A DNA stretch of 64,000 nucleotides, taken from assembly GCA_964252035.1 (NCBI GenBank), contig OZ176217.1, one strand, 5' to 3'. The stretch's first letter is position 1, and each line of letters opens with the position of its first letter. The notes beneath the pieces were generated by a model that worked only from the letters and a program-made list of their open reading frames with translations, did no database searches and had not been told where the DNA came from. Positions 34,170-48,700 of the stretch are shown here, piece by piece. A program made the translations under genes and the position numbers. Source of the stretch: Podarcis erhardii (lineage: Eukaryota).

Positions 34170-35091
34170 TAAGTTCCACAAGGCTGCCAGGTCAACGTAA
34201 TCAAGCTGAAACGAGTTAGGATCCAGCATAAGCCCCCCCACCCACACAAACACCAGTCCTGCCCCCACAACATATTGAGCAACATTCACATTGAGCAACT
34301 CCGACAAGCTCTGAACTATCACACAAGTGGATGATAACAAAAGCAGCAGAGCGATCAGGTGTTTCAGCCCAATTTACAGCATCTCAGAACGTGACTGGAA
34401 GTATTTAAAGAGGCACATTAAAGTGTTGGTACAGACACAGAAGTATCATTAAAATTTCTCAAATGCCACAGGATCAAAGGCCTTGTGGATGACTGCAAGT
34501 GATTTATTAGGCAGCAGAGGTATTTTAATCAATGTACTCCATTGGGAAGCTAGAGAAACTGCAATCCTATCATGGGAGGAGAGAAGAGTTTCCTAACTTA
34601 TCTGCAAACTTTGCTGGGGGCCTATCAGTGTCAAACTCTTTACCTCTTTTCTTCTGCTCTGTTTGCTGCTCCTTCTGGTCTGGAGAAAGAAGCCACAACC
34701 ACCCACCTATGTTTAACAGATACTGTAGTCGTCCGAAGTCCACAGCACTGAGGCAATGGAAACTTCGCCATTGCAAAGGCACTGGGTTGCATCTGGCTGG
34801 TCATTCAACCATGGCAGTTCCATTCCCAATTGCAGTCAGATGGATCAGCACTTCAGCTTAATGTAGCCATTTAGGTAATGATGAGTGCAGGAGGAAAATA
34901 AGGTCTCCAAGTAGTTTGTTCCATAGAAAGGTGGCAGACATACTCTTGCCATTCAAAGTGCTGCTTTGAAATAGGCACTAGGAATGAGCCATTTGCCTTT
35001 TATCTCTTTTCCTCTGTCTTTATGTACTCAAAGGTCCCTTTCTAGTAAGTAGTTAGGGTGCCCCCCCAAAAAACAAAAGAGAGGAAACACA

Positions 35092-35597
35092 CCATCAAAG
35101 CAGAGACCAAAAGTGGACACTGATCCACATAAAATGTATAGCTGCAAATTTAGAAAGAATCACCGCAGCAAGAACATTGTTGGCCCAAAAATGGAAACAA
35201 GAAGAAGTACCGACTTTGGAAGAATGGAGGACAAAATTAACAGACTATGCAGAACTGGATAAATTAACTGGGAAAATCAGATTCCAAAAGGATCACAGGT
35301 TTTTTGAGGACTGGGGAAAATTTACGGAGTATTTGAAAACTGTATGTGAGGACTGTACAACGCTAGTGTGCTTTAAAGAAGCTTTGTGAAAATACAAGGA
35401 ATATTGCTAGAAAGCAAATAAGGACAGAAATATAGTATTTAATGGCAATATTAAAATTAAGGAATGTGAAGATAGGATTTGAACTACGAATGATTGTCAG
35501 AGAAGTTGAGGGAGGTCCAATAAGCTAAAATATGTGATGTGCAAATTGATATGATTGGAGTTTTTTATGGAAAAAATTTTTAATAAAAAATTTATTA
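35092..35597 (+). mobile_element. L1-type LINE 3' end (ORF2 C-terminus, 3' UTR, A-rich tail)
   Basis: AARTLLAQKWKQEEVPTLEEW..YAELDKLT..EDWGKF motif. Confidence 0.7.
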
Positions 35598-36083
35598 AAA
35601 AATTTTTTTTAGAAAGAATGACTCTAATTGAAATAGGAATGCTCTACATATCATCACAGTGGGGAGGACTGCTGTGGTGGCTACACTTACCTGTTCACTA
35701 CTGGGAACAGGTGTGCAGCCAATGCAGGGTTTAACCCTATCCTCCCACTCATCAGCTGTCATCATGAGTGATATGAGTTGATGGACAGGTGGGTGTAGTT
35801 TAAGGAAAATTACCTGGCGAGCCAAATTGTACCCCCGGCATGCCAAGACTGACCCTAAGTTATGCTTAGGGTAGACATGCTGAAATTAAAGGTTCTATAT
35901 CCATTGATTTCAATAGGTCAGTGTTGAGTAGAGCCAACAATGGATACAACCATGTTGTTGTTTCCATCTGTTTCAAGAGACAATGGAGTGCACCTCTGGG
36001 GTGAAGTCTAACTGCTGCATTAGCAGAACTAAAGTGACCTTTCTGGGGTACAAGCCTGGGAAGCATGTATGGAGGTCCTAGGC

Positions 36084-36330
36084 TCACCAGGTGACAAAGC
36101 CCCTCTCTTGGCCTTGCTGATGTGGTCCAAAAGAAAGCAGAGCAATACGTTTGGCACTAGCTTGACTCCACTCTGGATTTGTTTAGGGTTTACTCCTTAG
36201 CCCTTTCTTCACCCAAAGATATGTTGCAAGGCAGCAGAGGTTTAGGATCAGAGTTTTCCTTCTAGATGGGCTTCCTTCCCACGTAGACAAACCCATCTGC
36301 CCCTCACTTGCCTTTATAGCATGTGCAGAA
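36084..36330 (-). mobile_element. RTE-clade LINE 5' region fragment
   Basis: GCCTTGCTGATGTGGTCCAAA..GGATCAGAGTTTTCCTTC..GATGGGCT resembles, from memory, a common lizard RTE 5' UTR. Confidence 0.45.
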
Positions 36331-38857
36331 ACCAAAGGTGGACAAACATGTCCCCCACCAGAGGTACTACCCCTCCCCTAACACTCCATGCAACCATAAG
36401 CTTATTGTTATCACAATAGCTGTGCAAAACATTTCTAGGATACAATTTCCCAGTGAGATTTGTGCAAGCAATTTGCCAGGCATGTGTAGGCACAGTCAAA
36501 ATCACCTGAGATGGCATGCTATAGCTTGTAAAATGGAGTATTCGGTAGACCTCAGATTTAATCAGTGCCTACACCACTACGAGCTTCAAACATCAGAAGA
36601 AACACAGCAACTGAGAGGCCCACAAGCCCACAGGAGGCCAGCCTGTGCCACTGGAAGCACAGGCAATGGTAGTTTGTGGCATAGAAAAACAGGTGCGAAA
36701 GAGCCTTAAAGCTGGTTATAACAATGAGCCAGACCTACACTCCTGCCAGCCTGGTGTTGCTCCTACTCACTGGTTCAGTAAACTAGAAGAAAACCACACC
36801 AGAACTGTTCAGCTTGAATTGTGGAACATTGGGCAAAAGGGTTTGCCACCATTCAAACAACTCATTACATAGTCCAACAGCCTGAACATGTTCAGTCCTG
36901 TCTGATCTCAGAAGCTAAGCAAGGTTGGGCATGATTGGTCTATGGTCAAACTGTTCCCATGCTGCAGGGATGAAGAACCTTTTTTGGCTTGAGGACCACA
37001 CTCACTTCTGAGTGGCCAACATGCCAGTGGCTAATGGGGCAAGAGTCAAAAGTGAGCAGAACAACAGGTGCATATTTTAGGCTAGTTTCTTCACACACAT
37101 CACTGTCTATCCTCCATCCAGAGAAACAAGAGTTTAAAGGCACATTCCACCAAGGCAAAAACATTCAAGGAATATGAGAAACAAGATTGGTGAGGGGTAA
37201 GCTTTGGGGAGAGGGGCCATACTGTTGAATATAAGGATAGCAAAAACACAGCTAAGAAGCTCAAATCATATATATGACTGAAACCCTTCTTTGGAAATTA
37301 AACCCACGTCCAGACCTTAAAAAACTTTACTTGCAGAAACTTATAGTTATAGATGAATTAAAATATGATATTTACAGTCACATGCTTCTCCAAGCATGGG
37401 CCTACAGTCTCTTATTCTAACTTCCAAACAACTGTATTTTCCTTTCTTTCCAGAGCTCAGCACTTTCAGTCTTCTGTATCTCAGTTAGGCCATGCCTTGC
37501 AGCTCCTTTGAGGGATTTCCACTTTAACCTTCTCCTGAAGCTTTGTTCTTTCTTTCTTTCTTTCAAGCAGAGAAGCACTCCAAACACTCTATTTAACTTA
37601 GCAGTGTTCACAGTGGATTCAAAAACACAGTCATCTTGCTTCATATAAAATGGAGCCTATCCTTCACTAGATACCCCCATGTGACCAAATGTTAGCCAAT
37701 CACATGAGAACTACTAGTGAATTCTCTATAATTCCAGTTACCAACCAATCAAATTTCAACACATAGGAATGCATGCCAGCATTTACAATTTCAGTGAATT
37801 AAATTACTATACTTAACAGTAGCTGGGTATGAACCTGAGCTGTATCTCAAGGGACAGGTAGAGAGCTCTGGAGAGATATACATGCCCCCAAGTCTGAGGT
37901 CCGTCCCCCCCACATATTGTATCAGTTCCGAAAGGTGTGAGACTGTATGCTTCAAAACACAAACATACACACATCAAACTAATCCATGAGGAGAAGGCAT
38001 GGTGGCATCTAGTTCTCCATAATCAGGGTGATGATTGAATGTTCCACCCCACACACTGATCTTGAAGATTCTCCCCCTCACGGTCTGGCACAACACCTTC
38101 TATGAACAGCCTGAGCAAATGATGAAACTATCTATCACTCCCGAAAAGCTCTTAGTGGAGGACTAATACTGAATAGAAGTTTTTTGAGTGCAGAAAAAGA
38201 ATGAAAATATATCACTGCTTAACCAGTAAAATGTGTTCTGCAGAACACTCAGTTGCAATCCAATACCAATGGGACTGTAAATGCTTTGCCTTGAAGTGAA
38301 GCACTCTGGCATGAAATAAAATTGCTATTATGGAAGAGTTATTTCATTGCATGACAATTGAAACGCATGTTGTGGAAGCATTTACATATGTTCTTTTGGA
38401 TGCTACAATTCGCTTCACTTTGATAGAACACAGATAACATTTTTTGCAATCTTAAAAATTGCTTTTCACTTATTTTTTAATACTCCCCAAGAAAATTGAA
38501 AGTACACTCTCCACCCGAGAACATTTTTCCTACCAATACGTTCCCCTCCAGAGACAGAGTGTCGCCATTTGAGAATCATGCATCGTCCTAGTTCTCCCAA
38601 ACAGGGGATGAAGTGGTAAATCTGCTTCTGTCTGGATTCCTAAGAGTCAGTGTTTCTGCCTCACAACTATATACCCTGAACAGAGGAATTAGCATGTCGG
38701 GGAGTCAGCAAAGTTAGACATAGTGGTAACTACTGACTTCAATGGTTTTAAAGGAGGATTAAACTAATTCATGGTCAGTCAATGGGGGACAGGACAGGAA
38801 GTTCTGTTGTGACAGTGACACTAGAGCTTTGGATCTAGCCCATTACTTTTTATAAGT

Positions 38858-39018
38858 NNNNNNNNNNNNNNNNNNNNNNNNNNNNNNNNNNNNNNNNNNN
38901 NNNNNNNNNNNNNNNNNNNNNNNNNNNNNNNNNNNNNNNNNNNNNNNNNNNNNNNNNNNNNNNNNNNNNNNNNNNNNNNNNNNNNNNNNNNNNNNNNNNN
39001 NNNNNNNNNNNNNNNNNN
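38858..39018. other. Assembly gap (161 N)
   Basis: Run of N. Confidence 1.
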
Positions 39019-39518
39019 ATTCACACTTTACTTCAGGTGATCAGAGAAGAATACTCAACTCCGTCAGACATGTCATTCACACACACACACACACACACAA
39101 AAAAAAAAACCCCACCATTTTGCTAGTGCCATCATAACTTGTTAACATTTGTATCATGCTCTTTTTACATTGAACTGGTGCTCAGTGATCACTGATCCCA
39201 GTGAGCTTATCAATCTAGCAAGACTAGGAACCTACAATTCTGAAGCTAAATACTCTAGCCAAAGCACTCCATTTCCAATCCTGGTACAGAACCATTGCAC
39301 AAACATTCAAAGTTGCCTCCGCCTAGCTTCCAATTATGGTAATATATTTCAAAACTGAAACAGTCGTCTTCTCTAATTATTCATCTGGCCAGAATAAATT
39401 GTTCACAATAATGTTTGTGGAAAAACAGAAAAGGTCAGGATATCTTAAAAATCAAATCCCTGTCATTAAACAACTGTGCGCACATTGTTTTGCCGAGTAG
39501 CTGTTCTGTTCCGTTTAC

Positions 39519-39717
39519 CTCGATCTGGGCGTAAGTTCTGGCCAATCCAAAGCACACGGGCCAATTTAAATCAATGGGGAGACCTCCATTGACTTCACTT
39601 GAATATTGAACCAGAGCCTTAGGCATCTGGAGCTGGAAGAAGCCATCCGTCTTGCTTGCCAGTTCTGACAAAATCCATTTGAGTAAAGCACTTTTCATCC
39701 AAATGGATAGCACATAT
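39519..39717 (-). CDS. Candidate exon (199 nt, phase 2->0)
   Basis: Acceptor CCCCGCCCCTCTCTATCAG, donor GTAAAC; single open frame YVLSIWMKSALLKWILSELASKTDGFFQLQMPKALVQYSSEVNGGLPIDLNWPVCFGLARTYAQIE. Confidence 0.25.
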
Positions 39718-40336
39718 CTGATAGAGAGGGGCGGGGAAGTGGGTGGGGGGACTGTGTGTTTCCATTTAAACTGTATTGCTTAGGTCGTCTCTCTTGATTT
39801 ACGTCGCAGAGCAGGATGCCAAGTTGGCATTCACATTATTGGAATGGAGAAAGCATTCAGTTGCAAGTTCCGAAAGAATTAGAAACAGACTGCTCTTGAA
39901 AAAAATATTTGGGAATTTGAAAAACCCAAAGACGTCACTGACCGAACATTTGATCTCCTTTTCTCTTACTTATTTAACAACAGTTGTAACATTTTGTTTG
40001 ATGACAATAACTTTGGCATTATTATTTTTTGTCCTGCAGTGGCATGTGGGAACTTGAGACTGGCTCACAAGAAGAAATGGGTGGAATATTAAAATACATG
40101 TTCCAGGAGATCAATGCCATTTATTTTTATTTGCTGAGGGCCTTTAATGGAGAAATTCATCGTCCAGGGTTGGGACCTGCTGCTGAGGACTGTGTGTGCA
40201 GTCAGGCCTCAGAGACCTTTTCAGTGTCCAGAAAGAAATAAATGTGTTCAACAACAGTGCACCATATTGGCCATGCCTAATATGAATACCAGGAGTCCTG
40301 ACTGGCTATACCAAAGAAGAATGCTAAGAGACTGAC

Positions 40337-40457
40337 CTTGTTTTATCAACTTCAGGTTTCAGCGACTGCCCTTGTGGATTCCAAGCTAACCACAGCTTCC
40401 AAGACCAAATTGGGGTATGGCCATCTCCCACTCCAACAAGGCCTGTGCTTAGTTTTC
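40337..40457 (-). CDS. Candidate exon (121 nt, phase 1->2)
   Basis: Acceptor ATTTTTTGTTACAG, donor GTCAGT; KLSTGLVGVGDGHTPIWSWKLWLAWNPQGQSLKPEVDKT. Confidence 0.2.
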
Positions 40458-43400
40458 CTGTAACAAAAAATTATAATACTCACAAAAGAAAGGAATTGTG
40501 GTGCTATTTTGCTTTCAAGATTAAAGCAGGTGAGGAAAGTAGGTTTCATACAGTGCTGAGCTTAGTTTTAAGCAGAAAACAAACAACAAAAATTGCATAC
40601 TAATCATACTAATCCCAACCTATATTTGCTGCTTGGATTTCAAATGTAAAAACTGGAAAGAATGAACATGGAAAAATTTGCTCTCACGAGGATGCAAAAA
40701 CTTCCTGCTTTAGCTCGAGCCAGAAATAGTCTGAGGACAGAGTCACTCACAACAACTTTTGCGTCTTCTGAGCAAAATTCACTGAAAATATCTGGTTCAT
40801 GTTCTGGGCACCAATTCAGAGAGAAAGAAGAAAGTTATGGGCTTGTTTGGTTTTTTTTTTAAAAAAAGGATCCAAACTGAATTCTTCACACACACCCTCC
40901 TGGAAAAAAAATCTACAGGAATGTATGCTATTTAGGATTGTTAGTTCGAATTTAAACCTCAGAAACTATATAAAAAAACTCATGGGTTGTCAGCCTTGAA
41001 GAACTATAAAAATCTCATGAATTGCCAGCCTTGAAGCATTCAAGATACAAAGCAGTATACCGCACTCTTGAAACATTCTGGAAACACAGCAAACCAACTT
41101 GGACACCTTTTCCTTTTCCAACATGTGACGGTAAATCAAACACAGTTCTTTTCAAACACTGAAACTGATCTTCCAATAAAACATGTAGTCAAATCTATCC
41201 TGGAGGTATTGAAAAGATCTAGGGCACACTGACACCTCTTGCCATTGCTGACCAACCAAGTCAAAGGCAGTCTACCAACCTTATATGGCAGCCCAAAGGA
41301 GATTAAACAGCCCTCTTCTTCTTTTTGCTGGTGCATGAGATTTCTGAGGACTGCACTGGATAATATTGCAAAAGTTCTATCTGTGCTGGTAGAAGTGTGG
41401 TGCTGGAACTTCCCCTAGTGGGAGCCATTGCTTGATGTTCATCACATAATGAACCAGCCCACTTTCTGGAATTACATTCTCCTGTCTAAAACAGTTTCAG
41501 ACCTCTGATCTGAGAGGAAAGAGGCAGATTTGACTTTGGGCAAAGAGAAAAGTTGGGCAAATACTTTTGAGTATTAGAACTGTCTGGCAAGCAGCAGCCT
41601 TCTGGGCCTTCAGACATGACCTGTGGCTTTGGGAAGGTTTCTTCCTACTTTGGGAGTTAAGTTGTTCCTGCACTGGGTTTTCCACCTGCTCTAACAGTAT
41701 ATTAGTGGACAAATACCAGAAGTCTTCGACAATCTTTCTGCACAACAAAATGATCTTGAAAATTCATCTGGAGACTTCTAAATAGGGCTAAATGAAAATG
41801 GCCTCCAATGTTATTTGTGCATAGCAAAATTGGGGAGGGGTTACATGGGGGAGGGGCATAAGAAGGAATTTTTCCAGCAGATTTTCTCAAAAATTATCTT
41901 TGGAGGAATTTCAGCTCAGTATTGAGTGGAACTCTTGTTGATATTGGTGGATGGAGGAAGTGTTGGGGCTAAAAGAGATGGGCTGGAAGGCGCAGTAGCC
42001 AAGCCCATTTCTACTTCAATCATATTAAAATAATATTAAATGATATCACAACTAGATATCATTTAACTTCTGCCCAACGTTCAGGATTGCTGAAATTGGG
42101 AAGGCAATTCCACTGAACATGTACTCCAGCGAACAAAATAAGTTCTCCAACACTTCAAGGGCAGCATGAAAGGCCATAAAATTACTTTTAGAAATTTCAG
42201 CACATATCTACTACCTACTTTGGGATGAAGTGTGCAAATCTAATTTCTATAGGTAAGTGAAGGAGAAGAAAAATTGCAGTTCAGAAAAGCTTTCCTTATG
42301 CCACTATCCTAGATTAGGGGTAGAGAACCTGTGGCCCTACAGATGTGTCTGGAATCAGAACTCAAATCACTGGCCACAACCATTGGTCATGCTGGCTGGG
42401 GCCAATGGGAGTTGGGGTCCAGGAATATCTGGAGACCCCCAGGTTCTCCACCCCAGTCCAAAGCAGATATGGGCTTGCAGGAGCTAAATCTGAACTCTCA
42501 AAATGCTGGAGGAATGGATACAGGTCCAAATGTTGTACTGTGTTAACCATCTGTGTGGAACTTTGCATTTGTGAAGTCCCAGCAGATGAACTGCCACTGA
42601 CATAGGAATGATATCATAAAAACTCCTTTGCTAAGTGTGATTCAAATTCTAGATCACATTGGACAGCTGAACTTTGGCATCTGAGTGACAGCTGGCATGA
42701 GGTCTCAGCATAAATAGGGGTGGCTAATTCTAACCATAAACACATGCAGGCTGCATTGCATGAATGAACAAGCGTTAAACAAGAATTTTTCTTTTCCATC
42801 ACAGAAGCCAAAGCTAGCTCCACCTTCTTACCAAAGAGGGGAGTTTATGTTTCCTTGGCTAAGATGCATTTGTGTGGTAGTAAAAAGACTACCATCGTCA
42901 GTTTGTACTCCGTTCAGCTATGTCTACTGCTAGGGAGAGTCTGATGGCTGAGAGTAACCCGTGCTGGAAACGTATTCAGCAAATAGCAGGAATCTAATGA
43001 GCGTGATGGCATTAGCTGCTGTGAAACAGTGCGAGACAGCACGTTTCCTTCCATAGCATCAGCAGGAGAACTGCAAAATCTCCAAGGGTGAGCAGCAGCA
43101 CAATTGATCTATCACGTCCCCATACTTTGAGCTTCTGCAGCCAATGAGATTAAGCATTACCCAGCTTGATTACTATAATGTGCTAAGTATGGAGCAATCC
43201 TTGGATACAGGTTGAAGAATGCAGTGGGCCGGGGATGCAAATGTCTAGCTATTGGCTAGGATTACTTGCAGAGAGCACATTATCGCTGTATCAAAGGTGC
43301 TCATCCAACAAGGTTCCTGCCAAAATGCATTGGCCTTTAGAACTCTGAAAGATCCAAAGCGCAAAGGAGCTCAGAGAATGCTCTCTTCCACGTGAACGTT

Positions 43401-43574
43401 CACTTGTGCTGCCATCATCCAAGATGACATGAGATAACCCTTTAATATCCCACATGGAGAAAAGTCAATTTAGATATTCCAGGTCCTCTATGGAACCTGT
43501 TGCCCTGACTCTCTGAAAAGAACACAGGAGTGATAAATTCATACCTTTGGTGGTGAAAAAGAAATTGAGACTAA

Positions 43575-44065
43575 ATTCAATTTGTACTAAATTGTGTTGT
43601 TTGATGGATGTGTTCTGCATCTTATTTATATGCTATCATGCTTTGGATACAATTATACTGATTGTTGGATAATTTTTAAAGTTGTTATTATTGTGAGATG
43701 CTTTGTCAAAGGAAGAATGGATAGAAAAACTTATGGAATATGCAGAAATGGCGAAACTTACTGGAAGAATAAGAAATCAAGATAACAAACTTTTAATAAA
43801 AGAATGGAAATGGTTTACAGTATTGAATATTTACAGATAAATTGCAAACAGATAAAAACATTGGGAGGATTATTGTAATAACTTGCAGTTTCATAAGAGT
43901 ATGTATTTAAAGTAGATAATTAAATGAGCAAATTTAATGAATTTGGATATACAGAAGATATTAAAAAATAAATTTAAGGGACCACAGAAAGAGGGGGAAG
44001 GAAGTCAAACCTTGAAATGTTAAAATGATTGTAAAATTAATGAAAAGTATAAATAAAAACTTTGC
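43575..44065 (+). mobile_element. L1-type LINE 3' end
   Basis: KEEWIEKLMEYAEMAKLTGRIRNQD..KEWKWF in one frame, then an AT-rich UTR ending TATAAATAAAAA. Confidence 0.65.
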
Positions 44066-44457
44066 TTTGAGCTCAACAACAACAACAACCTAGAACCCCG
44101 ACTGTGTTCTAGGACATCCCATAGCTGTTGCATGAGACTTTACTCTCTGTGATAGTAGCAATATGTGGGGAACAACTTACTGTTGGACTACAACTCCCAT
44201 CATCATTAGCTAGCAGGATCAGTGGCCAGGGATGATGGGAACTGTAGTCTAAAAACAGCTGGAGACCCAAGTTTGGGAAATCATGGTGTACACTGACTGA
44301 AAGTGGTTCCTTGGGGTTTCAGGTTGGAGTCTCTCCCAGCTGTACCTGGAAATACTGGGGACTGAACCTGGAACATCTTGCATGCAAAGCAGATCCTTTA
44401 CCACGGAGCTATGACCCTGTCCCCTATTTTTTAAGCAAGAAATGCACACATGGAGGC

Positions 44458-44544
<87 letters not shown>
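44458..44544. repeat. Palindromic microsatellite (TAA)11 followed by (TTA)~18
   Basis: Read directly; no spacer at the 44490/44491 junction. Confidence 0.95.
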
Positions 44545-44546
<2 letters not shown>

Positions 44547-44990
44547 TATATCCCGCCCTCCCTGGCCAGAGCCAGGCTCAGGGCAGCTAACACCAGTAAA
44601 ATTACAATAAAAACATAATGGGGGGGGACCAATTTAAAATACAGGTTGAAAATACAATTTAAAATGCAGCCTCATTTTAATAGTAGCCCATAGATCAAAA
44701 CCATAAGGGGAAGGAAACTTAAGGGTCAGACTGAGTCCAAACCAAAGGCCAGGTGGAACAACTCTGTCTTGCAGGCCCTGCAGAAAGATGTCAAGTCCCA
44801 CAGGGCCCTAGTCTCTTGTGACAGAGCGTTCCACCAAGTTGGGGCCAGTACTGAAAAGGCCCTGGCCCTAACTGAGACCAATCTAACCACCTTGCTACTT
44901 GGGACTTCCAAAGTGTTGTCATTTGTGGACCTTAAGGTCCTCCGCGGGGCCTGCCAGGAGAGGTAGTCCCATAGGTGCGTGGGTCCTAGG
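44491..44990 (-). mobile_element. L2 3' end
   Basis: RARAFSVLAPTWWNAL..SFCRACKTELFHLAF; (TAA)n tail appears as (TTA)n at 44491-44544. Confidence 0.85.
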
Positions 44991-45672
44991 CCACATTTAA
45001 AGGATAGGCCTCTAGGCCTGAGATCCAGTGAAAGTAGCCTTCAGACCCAATATCTTCTGGGGGTCCACTGAGAGCTCTGAATTATTTGGAGATGGGTCCT
45101 GAAGATCTTATGGGAGTTCCATGGAATCGAAAGGGCTCAGTGTGTGCTGGGCAGTTAGTGGCGGTGGCAGGCAATCAAATACCACCCATGCTTTCCAATG
45201 GCCCGCCCTGCTGTCCCAAGTGCAATTGCACGGAAACAAAAAATGTGCACTGAACATCAAATAACAAGAATGTTGTAAAGCATTTGAGCCAAAACTGCAC
45301 TAGATATTATCAGAAAACAGTCCCAGCTCCCATCTGGGTTGAATGTCACACGCATCATTGCTTCTTTTCATGCCCCCATTCTCTCACATGTTCTCTCTCA
45401 CATACACATCGGCTCTCTATGGCAAGTGTGCCACAGGACAGCAACACAACTAAGGCTTAGGTTGGCCATGTAAAAATGCAATTCATAGAGAAAGCAGAGG
45501 GCTGGTGGGGGCAGGTGGTGGACAAGAAAGCCCAACATTTCTTGGCAAGCCCTGCCTTGGGTTGCCTAGAAACCTGCTTTGAAAACAAACACTATATTTG
45601 TTTCTTTTTAAGCCGACAATGTAAAGTGAACCATACAGAAATGGCTATGAGACACGTCCCTTGGCCACTCAC

Positions 45673-45730
45673 CAGGGTGAAATATTCCTTCTTGTGAAGC
45701 TGGAAATATTAATGCCAGGTGTTCCAAGTG
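45673..45730 (-). CDS. Candidate exon (58 nt, phase 0->1)
   Basis: Acceptor GACTTTCTCGTATTTCAG, donor GTGAGT; HLEHLALIFPASQEGIFHP. Confidence 0.22.
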
Positions 45731-48700
45731 CTGAAATACGAGAAAGTCAGCAAAGCATTTCACTTTTCTGCAGAGACGATAAAGGATAGCTCCCCATATT
45801 TCCTTGAAGCACCTTGAAGCTCCTCTTTCACACTATACACATCCACACTATATATTTAAAGCACTATTATACCACCATAACAGTCATGGCTTCTCTCAAA
45901 GAATGCTGGGATCTGTAGTTTGTTAATAATTTTTAGCTGTTTGGTTTGCTGAGAGTTGGAGGAACCTCCTTTTCCACTGCTAGTGATACAATTCTCAGAG
46001 GTGTTTAACTGTCAGTCCCTTTTCCCAGGGAACTCTGGGAATTGTAGCTCCATGAGGTGAATGGGGGTCTCCTAACAACCCTCAGCAATCCAAATATCAT
46101 GTCATGTCAGGCTCCAATTTGGAAATACAAAAAAGCCACAGCTAAAAGGTTATAGAGCGATACAGTATACTAATACCAAATATTGCAGTATCATAGTTAA
46201 CAATCACCCACAAGGATTCATGATCAAAATTTCTACACATCCAAACATTTATTTATTTTGCAATACTTTCAGGCTAATTTCCCTCAGTGTTTAACAACAA
46301 ATAAAAATAAGTCAGGTCACTTAAGATAAAGAATAGAAGGTATTCCCAATGAGACAAACTTTGACTGGTTGCAGACATAGGATCCTCGCTGGTAACTTTT
46401 AGTCAATTGTTATTTTTGTTATTTTACTTCTTATCCTGTGTTTAAATGTTATATTTGTATGCTTTTATCATTGCAAGTTGCTCTGAGACATTCAACAGGT
46501 GGAATGAACCATGTATGCCATTATACACAATGCATCTTGGCAATGATACTATAGAGCTGGAAAATATATCCAAAAAGAGGCAACTAAAATGACTATGAGA
46601 AAGGTGAATATTTTTTGCATAATGACGTGTGTGTGTTATGGCTTATCCAGATTATTTGGCAAAATATGTCACAAAAGGTTACAGTGCTCTGCCTGTTCTG
46701 GTTGAAGGTATTCTACTTAGTTTTCCATTGATGCAAAATAAACACATAAAAATTAAACTCTCGGTTATAGAACCATAGAACTGTTGAATTGGAAGGAACC
46801 CTGACTTCATCTAGTCCAACCCTCTGCACTGCAGGAATCAAGCCTAAATTAAGATTTATGCCCTAACCCATGCATGCACATAGAAATTATCCCAAAGATT
46901 TAGGGTTGCCATATTTTGAAGAGCAAAAAAGAGGGCACATTTGCCAACTTCTGCCTTTAACTATGCATCACTGTGACAACGCTACCCATGAAAAGGAGGA
47001 CGTGTCCTGAAAAAAGAGGACACATGGCAACTCATTCCTCCAGTGCAAATATCTGACCCCTGTACAGACACCTAAGTGCAGAGAGAACGTATTTGGAGGA
47101 GAGGGAAAGGGCTTTGCAGTGGTTGTCTCTATTGCAGAAGTGAGGAAACTGACATTCTTTTGTGGGGAACCTTCTGGGAGGGGCATACAAATGGTAGGTG
47201 GAGTCAGAAGCAAGCATAGGTGCAGCAATAGATGTGGCTCTTCCTTGTGCAGCAGGCAACTTTGAAGCCATGCAAAATCCCATGGTTTCTATGCAGACAG
47301 ACATTTCTCTCCATCCAGGCAACCAGGAGGCATTGTCACAGTTCAAGGACCCATTCCAGCCAGGAAAAAGCACTTTGGGAAGACACAGATCAGGGGCCGG
47401 TGACAGATGGTTGCTCTGGGACAGCCCAACATTCCCCACCTCTGCTCTACTCTAATCTAAGTGCATTAATGTCAGTATCTGAAATGATGCTACATAAGTC
47501 AGAGCATGCCTTTGCAATGTTGCTCTACCACCTGATACTCACTTTCCAAACAAATATAATATTTGTACAGAGTTCTGACAGTGCAATCCTATACATGTCT
47601 ACTCAAAAGTCCAGCTGAGTTTCAAGTATGTATAGGATTGCAGCCTAAATTACTTAGGTGCTTTGGATACCAAGAGCTCATATAAAAGATGGTTTCCTAG
47701 GAAATAGCAGGCCTTGTAAACAGCAGACCAAATTTACTCAACGGAGCGGTTATCCATTTCTTTTAGGAAAAGTTGACCCTGTGTTGGACGGATACCAGAA
47801 ATTGCATCCAGACTAATCAATAAACTCTAGCCTGTTGTTTGTTGCAGCATCTTCCTTGGAAACTACTTGGCAAAATTAAGTCAGTATGTTCAATTAAAAA
47901 GGAAAAGAAGCCAGCCAGTGCTGCCAATATCCTGGATATCAACCACTTGTAATTTACTACACTTAAAATCTTAAAAAACTAACTTTTAACTTACTTGTGT
48001 TCCACAAAGGACAAGGCAGTTTTCAGATCCAATCTTGCAATAGTTCAGAGCAGTAAGTGGATAACTTCTTTAATTTGACAGTTTTAATCTGAGAACTGCT
48101 ATCAGTGTTATAAAGCAATGATTTTTCTACAAAAAGAAATGCTGTAATGAAGAAGTAATGGGATAGATGTAGCCAACTTTTTTAACAATTATGGCATGAG
48201 ACAAGTTCAAAAACATGAAGAGCTATACTTCACTGGTAAAGGACAAGGTTTGCATGCAGAGGGACCCAGATTCAGTTACTGACATCACTAAATCAGGGGC
48301 TAATTTATTTCAGAGTGTGAGCCTGCAGACTGGACCTGTTGGTTTGTTGGTTTGTTTGTTTTCTATTTAAAACACAGTGTGTCTCTGTGTTTAAACCCAC
48401 TGTATCTCACACCATTATTATTTCCCGGACAGCAGCTTATTTCTTGGGAATTCAGAAGGAAACCTCCAATTCTCTCTCCCCAACTCAGAAGTGATAGTGT
48501 CCAAATGTGGACAATTACAATTTAATCTGCATCTCCGTGAAACATGGGTTCCTTTTAAAAAAAAAATCCCAGAATGATAACTCCAATCCTTGATGCTCCA
48601 TCACTGTCATGTTGGCTTGCCAAAAACCCTCAATCGACACCCAGCTACCAATCTGGTTCATCAGACATTTTCAATCACTATTCTAGTGTAACTCTTGATT

